Shown: positions 1-10,032, numbered from the stretch's first letter. The stretch is DNA of 64,000 nucleotides from Bdellovibrionales bacterium (GCA_050250255.1 JBFWOZ010000008.1:24516-88515); one strand, 5' to 3'. Numbers and translations: made by a program. Notes: a model not told the origin generated them from the letters alone.

Positions 1-252
1 GAGCATATCCATCTCTTTAGTCACGAAAGCCTTCAGCGCATCATGAAGCAGCATGGCTGTACAGAAGTCCATTTTCAAAATCACTGGAAAAAACTTCCGA
101 TCGAATACGTCTACAATATGTTCGCAACGTTTGGACCTGAGTTTCATAAGCTCTTAACACCCGCCTACAACGTGTGCCCAAGCTTTATCCGTAAACGCTC
201 TCTCCCCTTTTACGGCGGCGAGATGCTCACGCTTTATCAGCGATCAACGTAA
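1..252 (+). CDS. 3' end of a probable class I SAM-dependent methyltransferase (partial, starts before the window)
   Basis: Frame open from base 1 (EHIHLFSHESLQRIMKQHG...); the EHxxxFSxxSL motif is typical of glycan-locus methyltransferases. Confidence 0.55.
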   Translation, partial: EHIHLFSHESLQRIMKQHGCTEVHFQNHWKKLPIEYVYNMFATFGPEFHKLLTPAYNVCPSFIRKRSLPFYGGEMLTLYQRST

Positions 253-1305
253 AAATTCGCCACTATCGCCCGATTGTTGATTCATCAAAAGCTTATTATC
301 GAATAGGTATTTATAAAGTGTTGGCTGATCCATCAGATCATCTTTTGAGCTGTATTCACCATCCAGAACCGCAGTTTTATTCTCTTTTACAAGCTCCGGC
401 AGCATTGGCTGAATGGCGTAGTGATCTTTTGAGAGATAGGTACGGTTGGCTTCTTCGTCAGAAACCATAATTTCGTGAGTCTTTTCTCCTGGGCGAATGC
501 CCGTCACCTCAACACTGATTTTACGATCTTCGATGAGCGCTTTTGCAAGCGTCATCATGCTTGTTGCTGGCACTTTTGGAACGAAAGTCTCTCCCGGCTT
601 TGCACGCTCAATGGCACTTAAAACCGTATCGACCGCGCGATCAAGCGGGAGTAAAAATCTCGTCATTTGCTCGGTCGTGACAGTGACAGGACCGCCGTTT
701 TTAATTTGTTCATGAAAGAGCGGGATGACCGAGCCGCGACTGGCAAGAACATTTCCGTATCTCACGCAGACAAAACGAGTTTTCGGAAAGGTGACGTTAG
801 CTGCGATAAAAATACGCTCTTGCATCGCCTTGCTCATTCCCATCACGTTCACGGGCTTACAAGCTTTATCCGTAGAGACCCCTACGACCACTTCCACAGG
901 AAAATTATGTTCGCGAACCCCGCGCACGATGTTTTCAGCACCGATAACGTTCGTACTAAAGGCCTCAAAAGGAAAATATTCGCAAGACGGTACTTGTTTG
1001 AGAGCTGCCGCGTTCACCACGATATCGGCTGTTCTTAACACGTTCACGACCGATGCGTAGTCGCGAACATCGCCAATACGAAATTCTAAAGTTTTACTGA
1101 AGTTGTGATAGATCACTTCTTCTGTGGGATTTTTCTTTTGAAGATACTCAAGACGCATGAAGTGTTGCTTTGCTTCATCGCGAGAAAAAATAATGAGTTT
1201 TTTCGGTGTTCCGCATTCGCCTGATAAAATCCGACGGGTTAACACTTTCCCGAGAGACCCTGTGCCTCCGGTGATAACGATTGTTTTGTTAGAAAATAAA
1301 TCCAT
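244..1305 (-). CDS. UDP-GlcNAc 4,6-dehydratase, CapE/WbjB/FnlA-like (Polysacc_synt_2)
   Basis: ITGGTGSLG, FSRDEAKQ, AAALKQVPSCE, STDKA, MGMSKA, RYGNVLASRGSVIP, GIRPGEKxHE. Confidence 0.9.
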   Translation of the reverse strand: MDLFSNKTIVITGGTGSLGKVLTRRILSGECGTPKKLIIFSRDEAKQHFMRLEYLQKKNPTEEVIYHNFSKTLEFRIGDVRDYASVVNVLRTADIVVNAAALKQVPSCEYFPFEAFSTNVIGAENIVRGVREHNFPVEVVVGVSTDKACKPVNVMGMSKAMQERIFIAANVTFPKTRFVCVRYGNVLASRGSVIPLFHEQIKNGGPVTVTTEQMTRFLLPLDRAVDTVLSAIERAKPGETFVPKVPATSMMTLAKALIEDRKISVEVTGIRPGEKTHEIMVSDEEANRTYLSKDHYAIQPMLPELVKENKTAVLDGEYSSKDDLMDQPTLYKYLFDNKLLMNQQSGDSGEFLR

Positions 1306-1312
1306 ACACCCT

Positions 1313-2170
1313 CTACTTCTTATAAAGTGAAGAATTGATATAGTACTCGTGCATTTTTTGAATCATCACATCCCACGACTCCGGCTTATACCCTGTCTGT
1401 GCTTGAAACTTTTCCGAGTTCAAACCGCGATTGAGTTTTGCTACGTCGTTGGGAATGATTTCAATTTTTTTACCATAAACATGAGCCACTTTTTTTAAGA
1501 GATCATATTTTGAAATTTCAAAACTCGAAAGATGATAAATACCCATAAGATGGCTCTTCAGAATGTGATGTCTTAAGATTTCCGAGACAATGATTGTCGG
1601 AAGCCCGCTGTATAGCACTTGGCGAAAGCCCGTGCAGCTCTCTTCTTGTTTTAAAAACCATTCGAGAAGATGGTGAGAAGTTCCCAGCTCGTGGCCGATA
1701 ATAGAAAGTCGGAGGTTCAAGGCATGGTCCCCCTCCACTTCACCCAACAACTTCGTTAACCCATTGAGATCACGTCCATCAGGAATATCATCTTCTTTAC
1801 GATCGTTGCGATTGCCCGAAAATACACCGTCAGAACTAAAATGAATCAAACGAGTTTTATGTTTCAAACACAAATCCGAAAGCTTGTGAGGCCAGAGCGA
1901 ATTCGCTTCGATGAATTGGTCTTTGTGGGTCTGCTCACTACGACGAATCAGGCTAATGCAATTCATCACTACGTCCGGTCGAAGTTTCAAAATCGTCTGA
2001 TCCACTTTTTCGAGCTGCTCAGGCTTTAATCCCTCAATGCTGATACCGCCGATAAGCTTTGGATCTTGGCTCGCAGAACGAACTGTGCCGTAGACCTCAA
2101 AGTCACGGCCAAGATCATGAAACAATGTGTGCCCGAGCATGCCGCTCGCACCAAAAATCAATATCTTCAA
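1313..2170 (-). CDS. NDP-4-keto-6-deoxyhexose reductase, RmlD-like SDR (WbvR/QnlA-like)
   Basis: GASGMLG, HFSSDGVFSG, xGLTKLLGE, RxSIIGHEL; lies between dehydratase and epimerase. Confidence 0.8.
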   Translation of the reverse strand: MKILIFGASGMLGHTLFHDLGRDFEVYGTVRSASQDPKLIGGISIEGLKPEQLEKVDQTILKLRPDVVMNCISLIRRSEQTHKDQFIEANSLWPHKLSDLCLKHKTRLIHFSSDGVFSGNRNDRKEDDIPDGRDLNGLTKLLGEVEGDHALNLRLSIIGHELGTSHHLLEWFLKQEESCTGFRQVLYSGLPTIIVSEILRHHILKSHLMGIYHLSSFEISKYDLLKKVAHVYGKKIEIIPNDVAKLNRGLNSEKFQAQTGYKPESWDVMIQKMHEYYINSSLYKK

Positions 2171-2181
2171 AACTCAAATCC

Positions 2182-3264
2182 TTAGAAAAAATTTGTGATG
2201 TTAGATCTCACGGCATTCACAATCACATTCGACGGCTTAAAGTCCTTACAGAGGTCAAATCTCGCACACCAAGTTTGTCGCGTGATGGTTTCTACCGATT
2301 CAACGAGGGAACGTGGGTCAGTACCCGCCACGATGTGCGCTCCCGCCTCAAGAGTTTCGTATCGTTCTGTTGTTTTACGTACACTCACCACTGGTTTTTT
2401 AAAATAAATGCCTTCTTCAGGCGTTGAGCCCGAATCTCCGATGAGGCAAAAGGCATGTTTGTTCAAACAATTGAAGTCGTAAAAACCAAGTGGCGCGTGA
2501 ATTGTGATTCCTTTAGGGACTTGCACTTGATGAATTTTGCTCTGAGTTCGTGGATGCATGAGATAAATCACTTTTTTGCCGTACTTCTCGTAGAGCGCGC
2601 CAAGACCATTGAGAATTTTCTGTAATTCTTCTGGGTTGTCGACATTTTCTCTACGGTGAATCGTCACGCTGAAATATTCACCGGGCTTCACATCGAAATA
2701 TTTAAGTATTTCACTTTTATCAATTTCGTTTTCGAAGGCTTCCATGACTTCAAAAACGGGATTCCCGGTACAAATAATTTTGGAAGGGTGGATGTTCTCG
2801 CGAACCAAATTTTCTCGGTGATACGGATAGTATGGGAGAAGAATATCCGACATATGATCAATCAGAACGCGATTTCTCTGCTCAGGCATTCTCTTATCGA
2901 ACGCACGAAGACCTGCTTCAAGGTGGAAAATCTTAATCCCACGATTGGCCGCCGGCAAAACCGAAAGTCCGCTAAAAGTATCTCCAAGGATCAATAGAGC
3001 ATCGGGCTTTACCTTCTCAAAAAGTTCATCGGATTTTCTCACGACATCAGCCACTTCTTTACCGTAAGATGTCACATCAATTCCCAAATAATGATCGGGT
3101 TCACGCAGTTTTAAATCGCGAAAGAAAAAGTCCTTCAGTTCTTTTGTATAATTTTGCCCGGTATGCACAAAAATATGTTCAAAGTTCGACTCTTCAAGAA
3201 GCTTCATTGTGGACCACATCTTGATCATTTCAGGACGCGTGCCCATGATGGACATGACTTTCAT
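2182..3264 (-). CDS. non-hydrolysing UDP-N-acetyl-sugar 2-epimerase (WbjD/FnlC/CapG-like)
   Basis: GTRPEMIK, VHTGQNY, LGDT, HLEAGLR, MPEQRNR, TIHRREN, DSGS..EE, TTERYE. Confidence 0.9.
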   Translation of the reverse strand: MKVMSIMGTRPEMIKMWSTMKLLEESNFEHIFVHTGQNYTKELKDFFFRDLKLREPDHYLGIDVTSYGKEVADVVRKSDELFEKVKPDALLILGDTFSGLSVLPAANRGIKIFHLEAGLRAFDKRMPEQRNRVLIDHMSDILLPYYPYHRENLVRENIHPSKIICTGNPVFEVMEAFENEIDKSEILKYFDVKPGEYFSVTIHRRENVDNPEELQKILNGLGALYEKYGKKVIYLMHPRTQSKIHQVQVPKGITIHAPLGFYDFNCLNKHAFCLIGDSGSTPEEGIYFKKPVVSVRKTTERYETLEAGAHIVAGTDPRSLVESVETITRQTWCARFDLCKDFKPSNVIVNAVRSNITNFF

Positions 3265-3395
3265 TTCTTAATTCTCCCTATAACCAACTTTTATGGTCGT
3301 TCTTGCGAGAAGACCATGCGTAATACCTTGCGTTATCCCTATGAAACTTCCTTCCTTTCTCCTCGCATGGAAGTACAGCTCAAGCTTGCAAAGAT

Positions 3396-4193
3396 GTGGA
3401 AAATCGCCTAATTCTCATTCAGAATAAAACAGTGCAGTTCCCGTCGTCGAAAGGTCATTTTTTGAAATTTGCCGTCGCTCTTCCCATGTTTAATGAAGCC
3501 GAATGTGCGGAGCGCTCTGTTCGACGAATCAACGAAGAATTGAACACCATTTCCCACGAAAGCTTCATTCTTACGATCAACGACGGCAGTAAAGACAAAA
3601 CTCTCGAGATTCTTCAATCTATCAGAGATGTTCCACGCTTAGTCGTTGTGAATCACGAAGTGAACAAAGGTTACGGTGGCGCGATTTCTACCGCTTATAA
3701 AACGGCCAGCGAAAAAGGCATTGATTACGTACTGTTTATGGATGCGGATCTTACTCAAGATCCTAAGTATCTCCATGCCTTCGTACCTAAAATGCTCGCA
3801 GGACACGTGATGATCAAAGGTTCACGATACGTTCGCGGCGGTGGAATGCAGGGTGTACCTCTTTATCGTGTTGCTGTTTCCAAAGTGGGTAATATTATTT
3901 CTTCAATTTTGTTTCGACATAAAATCAAAGATTACACCAATGGGTTTCGTGCCGTTCGAGTTGATATGGCCAAAAAACTTCAATTGAAGGAACGTGGGTT
4001 TGCGGTTCTTCTCGAAGAGATTTATCAACTTTCTCAGTGGACCTCCGATTTTTCCGAGGTGCCTTACATTCTCACCTTCCGTCAAGAAGGTGATGGAGTT
4101 TCGACTTTCACTTACACCCCAAAAGTCTTTATGAATTATTTAAAATACCCTGTACGTAAAGCTCTCAAGGTTCCAACCAAGGAGTCTCCATGA
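3396..4193 (+). CDS. GT2 glycosyltransferase (polyprenol-phosphate glycosyltransferase/DPM1-like)
   Basis: LPMFNE, INDGSKD, NKGYGGA, MDADL, GSRYVRGG, DYTNGFRA; start codon uncertain. Confidence 0.85.
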   Translation: MENRLILIQNKTVQFPSSKGHFLKFAVALPMFNEAECAERSVRRINEELNTISHESFILTINDGSKDKTLEILQSIRDVPRLVVVNHEVNKGYGGAISTAYKTASEKGIDYVLFMDADLTQDPKYLHAFVPKMLAGHVMIKGSRYVRGGGMQGVPLYRVAVSKVGNIISSILFRHKIKDYTNGFRAVRVDMAKKLQLKERGFAVLLEEIYQLSQWTSDFSEVPYILTFRQEGDGVSTFTYTPKVFMNYLKYPVRKALKVPTKESP

Positions 4194-5389
4194 GAACCAC
4201 ATGTCGATCTTGTGGCGATGCAAAATCCGAAATGTTTTTAGACTTAGGTCCGCAACCTCTCGCTGGAGGCTTTCTACCTCCCACGACAGAAGCCAAAGAG
4301 CTTGAAAAAATGCATCCGCTCCCTATTCACTTCTGTCATTCCTGTGGCTTGGTTCAGACCTTTTACGTCGTGCCAGCTGAAACTCTTTTTACAAACTACT
4401 GTTTTTCCTCCAGCACGGTTCCTTATCTCGTTCAACATTTTACCGACTACGCCAAGTGGCTCAAAGCAGAGTTGAAAGCCAATTCTGTTTTGGAATTTGG
4501 ATGTAACGATGGAATTTTGCTCAAGCCTCTTGAAGCCATTGGCGTAAAAGCGGTGGGTATCGACATCTCCGAAAATATCACAGAAGTGGCGAGAGAGAAG
4601 GGCCTCAAAGTCAAAACAGGCTTCTTTAATCCCGCTTCTGCAGATCAGCTGAAAGATGAATATGGCGCTTTTGATGTTGTTACGGGCAGCAACTGTTTTC
4701 CTCACAACGATGAGCCCGAGCATATTTTAAAAGCTGCAAAAAAAGTTTTAAAACCAGACGGACATCTCTGTTTAGAAATTATGTACGCGGGAGACCTGCT
4801 GGAAAAATTGCAGTGGGATTCCATGTACCATGAGCATTTAAATTACTTCAGCTTGAAGACTCTCGACATCTTACTTCGTCGTCATGGGTTTCATACGGTA
4901 CACGTGGAAAGACTTCCGATGCACGCAGGGACTCTCCGGCTCGTGGCTGCAGTGAACCCTTCCGAGACTCCACGCACGAGTGTCGCCGAACTCATGAAAT
5001 ATGAAGAAGCCACCGGGCTTAATCGCTTTGAAACTTGGAAACGTTTTGCACACGATGTTTTACGACAGATCAAAGTCACAAAAGAAGTTTTGGGTGCCTT
5101 GAGCACACGTCACCGTATTTGGGGTTACGGAGCCGCCGGCCGTGCGACAATGTGGGTGAATGCTTGCCAGATGAATTATTTAGAATTCATGGTGGACTCT
5201 TCACCTTTTCGAAGTGGCAGACTGATGCCAGGTACTCATACGCCAATTGTATTTCCCGAAGCTTTAAGAACAAAACCACCTGATTATATTTTTGTTCCAG
5301 CTTGGAATTACATCGACGAAATCCGCAGAAAAGAAGCCTGGTTTCAAGGCATCTGGTGTATTCCAGTACCCTTTCTTAAATTTTTATAA
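4190..5389 (+). CDS. NDP-sugar C-methyltransferase (TylC3/MtmC-like, Zn-binding N-terminus)
   Basis: CRSC...LDLGPQPLA...CHSCGLVQ, EFGCNDG, YHEHLNYFS, GYGAAGR, GTHTPI, AWNY. Confidence 0.85.
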   Translation: MRTTCRSCGDAKSEMFLDLGPQPLAGGFLPPTTEAKELEKMHPLPIHFCHSCGLVQTFYVVPAETLFTNYCFSSSTVPYLVQHFTDYAKWLKAELKANSVLEFGCNDGILLKPLEAIGVKAVGIDISENITEVAREKGLKVKTGFFNPASADQLKDEYGAFDVVTGSNCFPHNDEPEHILKAAKKVLKPDGHLCLEIMYAGDLLEKLQWDSMYHEHLNYFSLKTLDILLRRHGFHTVHVERLPMHAGTLRLVAAVNPSETPRTSVAELMKYEEATGLNRFETWKRFAHDVLRQIKVTKEVLGALSTRHRIWGYGAAGRATMWVNACQMNYLEFMVDSSPFRSGRLMPGTHTPIVFPEALRTKPPDYIFVPAWNYIDEIRRKEAWFQGIWCIPVPFLKFL

Positions 5390-5406
5390 TTAGGAGAATC
5401 GCTCCT

Positions 5407-7455
5407 ATGAGTTATTTTATTATTCTTCTTCTTTCTTTATTCAGTTCGCTAGCGAGCGCCAAAACCGTTCGTTACGAACTTCAGATCACTAGACAGCCTG
5501 TGAATTTAAGTGGCCACAAGACTGTGGATTTTTCACTTATGGTGAATCACTCCATTCCCGCACCCACTCTTGAGTTCACCGAAGGGGATGAGGCTGAGAT
5601 CGTTGTGAAAAACGGTCTTGATAACGAAGAAGTTTCTCTCCATTGGCATGGAATCCTTCTCCCTCCAGAAATGGATGGCGTAGCCTACGTCAACACGCCC
5701 CCCATTCATCCCGGCCAGTCACACACCTTTCGTTTTAAAATTCGTCAGCATGGAACCTACTGGTACCACTCACACACAATGGTGCAGGAACAAAAAGGCG
5801 TTTATGGTGCCTTTATTATTCATCCCAAAAATAAAACGATTCGAGCCGATAAAGAAGTTGTGGCCGTCTTAAGCGATTGGTCCGATGAGAATGCCGATAA
5901 TATCATTCGTAACCTGCGAAAAGATGGAGAGTACTATGCTTATAAAAAGGGAACTGTTCGTTCGTGGGCGGGCGCCCTTCAAGCCGGAAAATTCGGAACT
6001 TTTCTTGGTAATGAATGGACCCGTATGGGCGGAATGGATCTCTCCGACGTGGGTTATGATGCTTTTTTGATCAATGGAAAACGAGAGTTGCAACTTGTCG
6101 ATGCGAAGGCCGGTGAAAAAATTCGACTTCGCATTATCAATGCGGCAGCATCGACTTACTTTTATGTGTCTTTAGGAAATCTTCCGATGAAAGTGATTTC
6201 CGCCGACGGTATCGATATTGAGCCAAAGACCGTTAAACAGGCATTGATGGGAATGGCCGAGACTCTTGATGTGTTATTCGAAGTTCCTCAAAATAAAAAT
6301 TTTGAATTACGTGCGACCGCGCAAGATGTGAGTGGCTTAGCCTCCGGGTGGATTGGGTATGGCGAGAAAGTCGCCGCCCCGGCTATAGCACCACCCGATC
6401 TTTACGCTAGCATGGAGCACGATGCACACGCAGATCACACCGCAAAACCGGAGAACTCTCACGAGCATCACGGAAATCATCATGGGAACCACAACGCTTC
6501 CCCGACCGTGGTAGAGCAACTCACTGTCGACGAGATAAGAGCCCAAGAAAAAACTCTCTTTCCCGCGAAAATCCCTCGCTACGACGTGAAACTCGTTTTA
6601 GGTGGCGACATGGAGCGATACGTTTGGCACATCAACGGGAAAGCCATTCATGAAGATCGTACTATCGCGATTAACGAAGGTGATGTCGTACGATTCACTT
6701 TTGAAAACGAAACAATGATGCATCACCCGATGCATCTTCATGGACATTTTTTTCGAGTGCTTAATCAATATGACGATTATTCGCCACTCAAACACACTGT
6801 CGACGTTCCTCCTCATGGAAAAAGAACGATCGAATTTTTGGCCAACGAACCAGGCGAGTGGATGCTTCATTGCCACAATCTGTATCATATGAAAACCGGT
6901 ATGGCCCGAGTGATTCAGTACTCTTCTTTCAAACCGAAAGCTGAGATCACTCATCACCAAAAACACGATCCGCATCTGCATGACCATGTTTATTTTGATG
7001 GTTCCGCAAAAGCCGCTACAAATTTGGGGGAAGCAAAATTACGATTGTCACAAACATGGCATAATTTTGAGGCCCGCATTGAAGCTCGAAAAGATGATCA
7101 TTGGGAAACGGAAGGGGATCTTCTCTACCGTCGGTGGTTTGGACAATACTTTAATGTTATCGCAGGTGGTACAAGCAGGCATCATGAACAGCGTGGGATG
7201 CTAGGCGCGGGTTATCTCTTACCAATGCTCATTGAAACACAGATTTTGATCGACCATAAAGGAAAACTCCGAGTGGATTTGGAAAAATCCTTTCAATGGA
7301 CAAAATATGTTTTTAGCGACGTAGAAGTAAGACTGCGGCAAGAGGAAGCGGCCGAATGGACCACATCTTTGATGTACGCACGTTCTTGGGCCTGGAGCGC
7401 CGGGTTTTTCTTTACAGGAAAAACACTCGGCGCCGGATTACATTATAAATTCTAA
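5407..7455 (+). CDS. CopA/PcoA-type multicopper oxidase with His-rich linker and CopB-like C-terminal domain
   Basis: Signal peptide; HWHG, WYHSH, HPMHLHGH, HCHNLYHM copper ligands; beta-strand-rich C-terminus ending in F. Confidence 0.85.
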   Translation: MSYFIILLLSLFSSLASAKTVRYELQITRQPVNLSGHKTVDFSLMVNHSIPAPTLEFTEGDEAEIVVKNGLDNEEVSLHWHGILLPPEMDGVAYVNTPPIHPGQSHTFRFKIRQHGTYWYHSHTMVQEQKGVYGAFIIHPKNKTIRADKEVVAVLSDWSDENADNIIRNLRKDGEYYAYKKGTVRSWAGALQAGKFGTFLGNEWTRMGGMDLSDVGYDAFLINGKRELQLVDAKAGEKIRLRIINAAASTYFYVSLGNLPMKVISADGIDIEPKTVKQALMGMAETLDVLFEVPQNKNFELRATAQDVSGLASGWIGYGEKVAAPAIAPPDLYASMEHDAHADHTAKPENSHEHHGNHHGNHNASPTVVEQLTVDEIRAQEKTLFPAKIPRYDVKLVLGGDMERYVWHINGKAIHEDRTIAINEGDVVRFTFENETMMHHPMHLHGHFFRVLNQYDDYSPLKHTVDVPPHGKRTIEFLANEPGEWMLHCHNLYHMKTGMARVIQYSSFKPKAEITHHQKHDPHLHDHVYFDGSAKAATNLGEAKLRLSQTWHNFEARIEARKDDHWETEGDLLYRRWFGQYFNVIAGGTSRHHEQRGMLGAGYLLPMLIETQILIDHKGKLRVDLEKSFQWTKYVFSDVEVRLRQEEAAEWTTSLMYARSWAWSAGFFFTGKTLGAGLHYKF

Positions 7456-7468
7456 AATGACCTCATGA

Positions 7469-7966
7469 TTAATTGACGTCCGTAATTGAACACATTTCGC
7501 GTTCAGTGTAGTAACCGGGATGACAATAATATCCGTTCCACCAGTAACCATTTCGGCCTCTATAATCCCAGCCATCCCATAGCCCTGGGCAAAATCCTGG
7601 GTTATAATCAACGATAACTCTGCATTGTACACCCACAGTGGCAATAAGGCTTGAATCAACCTGTTGACGAGGCTTTTCGCCATACACTTCAACATCATAA
7701 TGGCGCTGAACACCATCTGCCGCGACCAACTTTTCTTCGGCATCAAACTTTTTAAATTTGACGGCCTTGGCATGAATGGCTCTCATCATTTCTTCCGTTC
7801 CATAACGTTCAAGAGCACGACCTTGCAAATGATCTTGATAGTCTGCAAAATCTAGATCCTGAGCCGCCTCAACAAGATCTTCTGCCATATCCTCAGCTGC
7901 CGAATCCGCAAAGGCCATAGGGCCTCCGAAAACAAGCGCTACTGTTAACAAAATTTTTTTCAACAT
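7469..7966 (-). CDS. hypothetical secreted protein (W/Y/G/C-rich C-terminus)
   Basis: GAAGGAG RBS before ATG 7966; signal peptide MLKKILLTVALVFGGPMAFA. Confidence 0.7.
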   Translation of the reverse strand: MLKKILLTVALVFGGPMAFADSAAEDMAEDLVEAAQDLDFADYQDHLQGRALERYGTEEMMRAIHAKAVKFKKFDAEEKLVAADGVQRHYDVEVYGEKPRQQVDSSLIATVGVQCRVIVDYNPGFCPGLWDGWDYRGRNGYWWNGYYCHPGYYTEREMCSITDVN

Positions 7967-8000
7967 AATTTCCTCCTTCAGTGAGTTTCTCAATGAAATT

Positions 8001-8016
8001 TGCAAAGAGTTTGCCT
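8001..8016 (-). promoter_or_regulatory. candidate sigma54 -24/-12 promoter
   Basis: Minus strand AGGCAAACTCTTTGCA has the GG-N10-GC spacing, about 35 nt upstream of ATG 7966. Confidence 0.4.
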
Positions 8017-8138
8017 ACTCTAGGCTTGCAAACAAATTGCATATGACCAACAAATTGAATTTGGTAGCACTTAGGAAAAAGTTTGGGTCAATGTGGTACT
8101 TATTATAGTGATTTATGCCCCACAAAAGGAGATTGAAA

Positions 8139-9257
8139 ATGAAATGGTTACTCCTCTCTTTAGCATTCATAGCTCTTGCACAGGGTCAAAAAACCACAAC
8201 CTATGTTTCCGAAAAGGAAAAATTTCAGGTCGAGATTCTCACCCAACAAAAAGATGTTGTTTGGGGCTTCGACTTTATTTCTGAAAATCAGATGATTTTT
8301 AGCGAGCGTAGCGGCGCCCTCCGACTTTTGAATATCTCCCAGAAGGCTGTCACCGATCTCAAAGGTGCACCTCCAGCTTGGGTGAATGGCCAAGGTGGTC
8401 TTCTCGACGTACGCGTACATCCTTCTAGCAAAAACAAAATTTATCTCACCTACTCAGAGCCTGTAAATGATGGTGCCACCACCGCTTGGGGTATTGGGAT
8501 TTTGGTCGGAGATCAGCTTCGAGATTTTAAAAAAATGTTTTCGGCCCACAAACCAAATAACAACGAGATTCATTTTGGTTCTCGGCTCGAATTCGATGGC
8601 CAAGGACACATTTTCGTGAGCGTGGGTGATCGCAACGAACGAAATCAATCTCAAGATCTCTCTTACCATATGGGGAAAGTACTTCGTTTTAACGAAGATG
8701 GCTCCATTCCTAAAGACAACTTCTTTTTACAAACGAAAAACGCCAAACCAGAGGTTTGGAGTTACGGTCATCGTAATCCCCAAGGCCTTGCTTGGGACGC
8801 ACAAAAAGAAACTCTCTGGCTCGCCGAAATGGGCCCACGCGGCGGCGACGAAATCAACATTGTTCGCCCCGGCGCAAACTACGGTTGGCCGGTTATTACA
8901 TACGGCCGTGAATATTATGGTCCTAAAATAGGAACGACTTCTAAAGAGGGTATGGAACAACCGGTGGCGTATTGGGTTCCATCGATTTCTCCTTCGGCAA
9001 TCGCGGTTTATAACGGAACAAAGTTTTTAAACTGGAAAGGAAATCTTTTTTTAGCCAACTTAAGCTCACAGCATATCCGACGTTTAGAAATTCAAAACAA
9101 GAAGGTCATTCATCAAGAAGAACTTCTCAAGGCGTTAAACCTGCGCTTTCGCAACATCCGCGCAGGTCCCGATGGTCTCCTCTATTTCTCAACTGACGAT
9201 GGGAAGATCGGAAGACTGATTCCTATTAATGATAAGAAGGTGGCTCCCGCACCTTAG
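8139..9257 (+). CDS. PQQ-dependent soluble aldose sugar dehydrogenase (YliI/GSDH family)
   Basis: AGGAGA RBS; signal peptide; GQGGLLDV, HFGSRL, YGHRNPQG, EMGPRGGDEIN, NYGWP. Confidence 0.9.
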   Translation: MKWLLLSLAFIALAQGQKTTTYVSEKEKFQVEILTQQKDVVWGFDFISENQMIFSERSGALRLLNISQKAVTDLKGAPPAWVNGQGGLLDVRVHPSSKNKIYLTYSEPVNDGATTAWGIGILVGDQLRDFKKMFSAHKPNNNEIHFGSRLEFDGQGHIFVSVGDRNERNQSQDLSYHMGKVLRFNEDGSIPKDNFFLQTKNAKPEVWSYGHRNPQGLAWDAQKETLWLAEMGPRGGDEINIVRPGANYGWPVITYGREYYGPKIGTTSKEGMEQPVAYWVPSISPSAIAVYNGTKFLNWKGNLFLANLSSQHIRRLEIQNKKVIHQEELLKALNLRFRNIRAGPDGLLYFSTDDGKIGRLIPINDKKVAPAP

Positions 9258-9258
9258 C

Positions 9259-9900
9259 CTACTCCAAACGACGGATCAGGCTCGCTAGAACTCCCAAGAT
9301 TTTAAACTCGGCATCTTGCTCAACTTCAATGACTTGATAATTGGGGTTGGCAGGGTGAAGCTCCACCCTCTCCTTTGTTCTATAAAATCGTTTGATCGTC
9401 GCTTCGTCACCTACGAGAGCTACCACCGTTTGCCCATTCATCGCTGTATGCTGGCGCTTAATGATCACGAGATCTCCATCCATGATGCAATCATCGATCA
9501 TAGAATCACCCTTCACTCGAAGCGCAAAGTAATCCGTGTTCGCTGTAATAAGGCCTCGCGGAATGTCCACGTATTCACGATTTTGTACGGCTTCTGTGAG
9601 GCGCCCTGCCGCCACCAAACCTTCGAGAGGTACCGAAACCACTTCGCTCTCTTGATAACTGGCTGGAACCAAAGTGCGTTTTTTATTTGTGCCGACTTGA
9701 GCTTTTAAAAAACCCTTCTTCACTAGCTGTTGGACGAACTGTTGAACTGACGAGATCGATTTGTAATCAAACTTTTCCCTGATTTCCTCGTAGGTTGGAG
9801 AAAAGCCATTTTGCTCGGTGTAATCCACGATGAATTCGTAGACTTTCATTTCCTTAGGAGTCTGTTCGTTTAGGCGGGGATTTAAATGCTCTATGATCAT
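9259..9900 (-). CDS. lexA: SOS repressor LexA
   Basis: N-terminal wHTH (GFSPTYEEI), VAAG cleavage site, GDSM catalytic Ser, ATIKR catalytic Lys. Confidence 0.95.
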   Translation of the reverse strand: MIIEHLNPRLNEQTPKEMKVYEFIVDYTEQNGFSPTYEEIREKFDYKSISSVQQFVQQLVKKGFLKAQVGTNKKRTLVPASYQESEVVSVPLEGLVAAGRLTEAVQNREYVDIPRGLITANTDYFALRVKGDSMIDDCIMDGDLVIIKRQHTAMNGQTVVALVGDEATIKRFYRTKERVELHPANPNYQVIEVEQDAEFKILGVLASLIRRLE

Positions 9901-9933
9901 AAGGACCTCGGCGGTTAATGGTTATGTACTACT

Positions 9934-9973
9934 TACGTATCTACAAACGATATACGTAGGTTTTACGTAAAAC
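9934..9973. promoter_or_regulatory. candidate LexA operator region
   Basis: Three TACGTA copies (9934, 9953, 9964), the last inside the perfect palindrome GTTTTACGTAAAAC (9960-9973), directly upstream of lexA. Confidence 0.45.
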
Positions 9974-10032
9974 AATTGACCGAAGGTCTAGATTTGGAAC
10001 GCGATTAGTTAGAACCCATCTCATAAGGCGAT

